Shown here: positions 49,642 to 50,358 of the stretch, one piece after another
Layout of the letters: each line of letters starts with the position of its first letter
Position numbering within the stretch: position 1 is the first letter of the stretch
Assembly: GCA_051986275.1 (NCBI GenBank)
Contig: JBPYDT010000118.1
Coordinates: forward strand, 1-50,358
Direction of reading: 5' to 3'
Length of the DNA stretch: 50,358 nt
DNA from: Acidimicrobiia bacterium
GTDB lineage: Bacteria > Actinomycetota > Acidimicrobiia > IMCC26256 > PALSA-555
Made by a program: the position numbers and the translations under genes
Notes under the pieces: generated by a model
Told to the model about the DNA's origin: nothing
Databases searched by the model: none
The model's input: the letters and a program-made list of their open reading frames with translations, nothing else

Positions 49642-50358
49642 TCACGGCCGCAGGTACGGCCAGTCGCTCGTGGCCGTCCCCGTGACGTCGAAGATCGAGC
49701 GGCCGATCGCGCCATTCTTCTTCGCCGCGAGCGCGAACTCGTTCAGGTCGTTCGGCGTGCTGGAGCCGGCCTCCCCGCCGATCGGCGCCACCCTCGCGTG
49801 CGGGTCGTGGAGATCGGCGCGCAGCCGGGTGATGCTCTGGTCGGTGTACGCGAAGGCGTCCCGGTACGGGCCGCTGCGCAGCGTCCAGTAGGTCTCGGGC
49901 AGCCACACGTCCACCGACGGCGCGAGCGCCTGGTACGGGAAGTCGGGCCACAGGCCCGGGTTCACGGCCTCGAGGAGCACCGCGGGGTAGACGATCGCGC
50001 CGACGGGCAGCGTGGCGGCCCGGGCGCGCAGCTGCTGGGCGAGCGCGACGAGGCGCTGGTTGCGGGCGATGATCGTCGGCACCTGCGCCGACTCGATGTC
50101 GAGCGCGATCCCGTCGAAGTGCTCCCCGCCCGCCCGGAAGGCGAGGATCGCGTCCAGGCGCGCCGCGTCCCGGGTCGGGTCGACGAGCTGCGGGTAGTAC
50201 CAGGCGACGACGCGCAGGCCGTCGGCGTGCGCGCGGCGCAGCATCGCGGCGAGCAGCGGCGGGTCGGCGATGAGCCCCGCCGCGCGCGGGTCGTCGATCG
50301 TCGCCTGCAGGTAGAGGGTGTGCGCGCCCAGCGCGGCGAGGTCGTCGACGGTCGCGGG
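49642..50358 (-). CDS. Hypothetical protein with glycoside-hydrolase-like TIM-barrel features (5' end outside the window)
   Basis: Frame open to the window edge (PATVDDLAALGAHTLYLQ...); GLRVVAWYYP, FDGIALDIE, DVWLPETYW. Confidence 0.6.
   Translation of the reverse strand, partial: PATVDDLAALGAHTLYLQATIDDPRAAGLIADPPLLAAMLRRAHADGLRVVAWYYPQLVDPTRDAARLDAILAFRAGGEHFDGIALDIESAQVPTIIARNQRLVALAQQLRARAATLPVGAIVYPAVLLEAVNPGLWPDFPYQALAPSVDVWLPETYWTLRSGPYRDAFAYTDQSITRLRADLHDPHARVAPIGGEAGSSTPNDLNEFALAAKKNGAIGRSIFDVTGTATSDWPYLRP

Overview
Very GC-rich, gene-dense chromosomal segment from an actinobacterium, most likely class Acidimicrobiia (inferred from gene content and order). It corresponds to the conserved actinobacterial prfB-secA-hpf-ahcY-PGI/PMI-Trm112-manB...DUF5719-GT2-cofD-cofE-manC-LCP...birA-accA-lpdA region, followed by meaB-nifU-murA, lipid/peptide hydrolases, a four-gene glycosyltransferase/methyltransferase/(alpha/alpha)-barrel cluster and glpX. 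About 45 CDS. I found no rRNA, tRNA, CRISPR array or mobile element. Main points: (1) a candidate cell-envelope glycan system with an AftA-like arabinofuranosyltransferase, two further large membrane glycosyltransferases, an LCP ligase and a ugd-uxs-manC-epimerase operon; (2) a structured ahcY leader with an anti-Shine-Dalgarno segment, a riboswitch candidate unlike the canonical SAH riboswitch; (3) an uncharacterised GT4-MT-QW-barrel-MT cluster; (4) a 55-aa zinc-ribbon gene missing from the ORF track, behind a sigma28-like promoter; (5) pervasive leaderless -10 elements and several short upstream ORFs coupled to downstream genes; (6) split FbiB, Asp-type MurA, a hybrid LpdA and a truncated HPF. 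All assignments come from motif recognition by eye; no searches were run.
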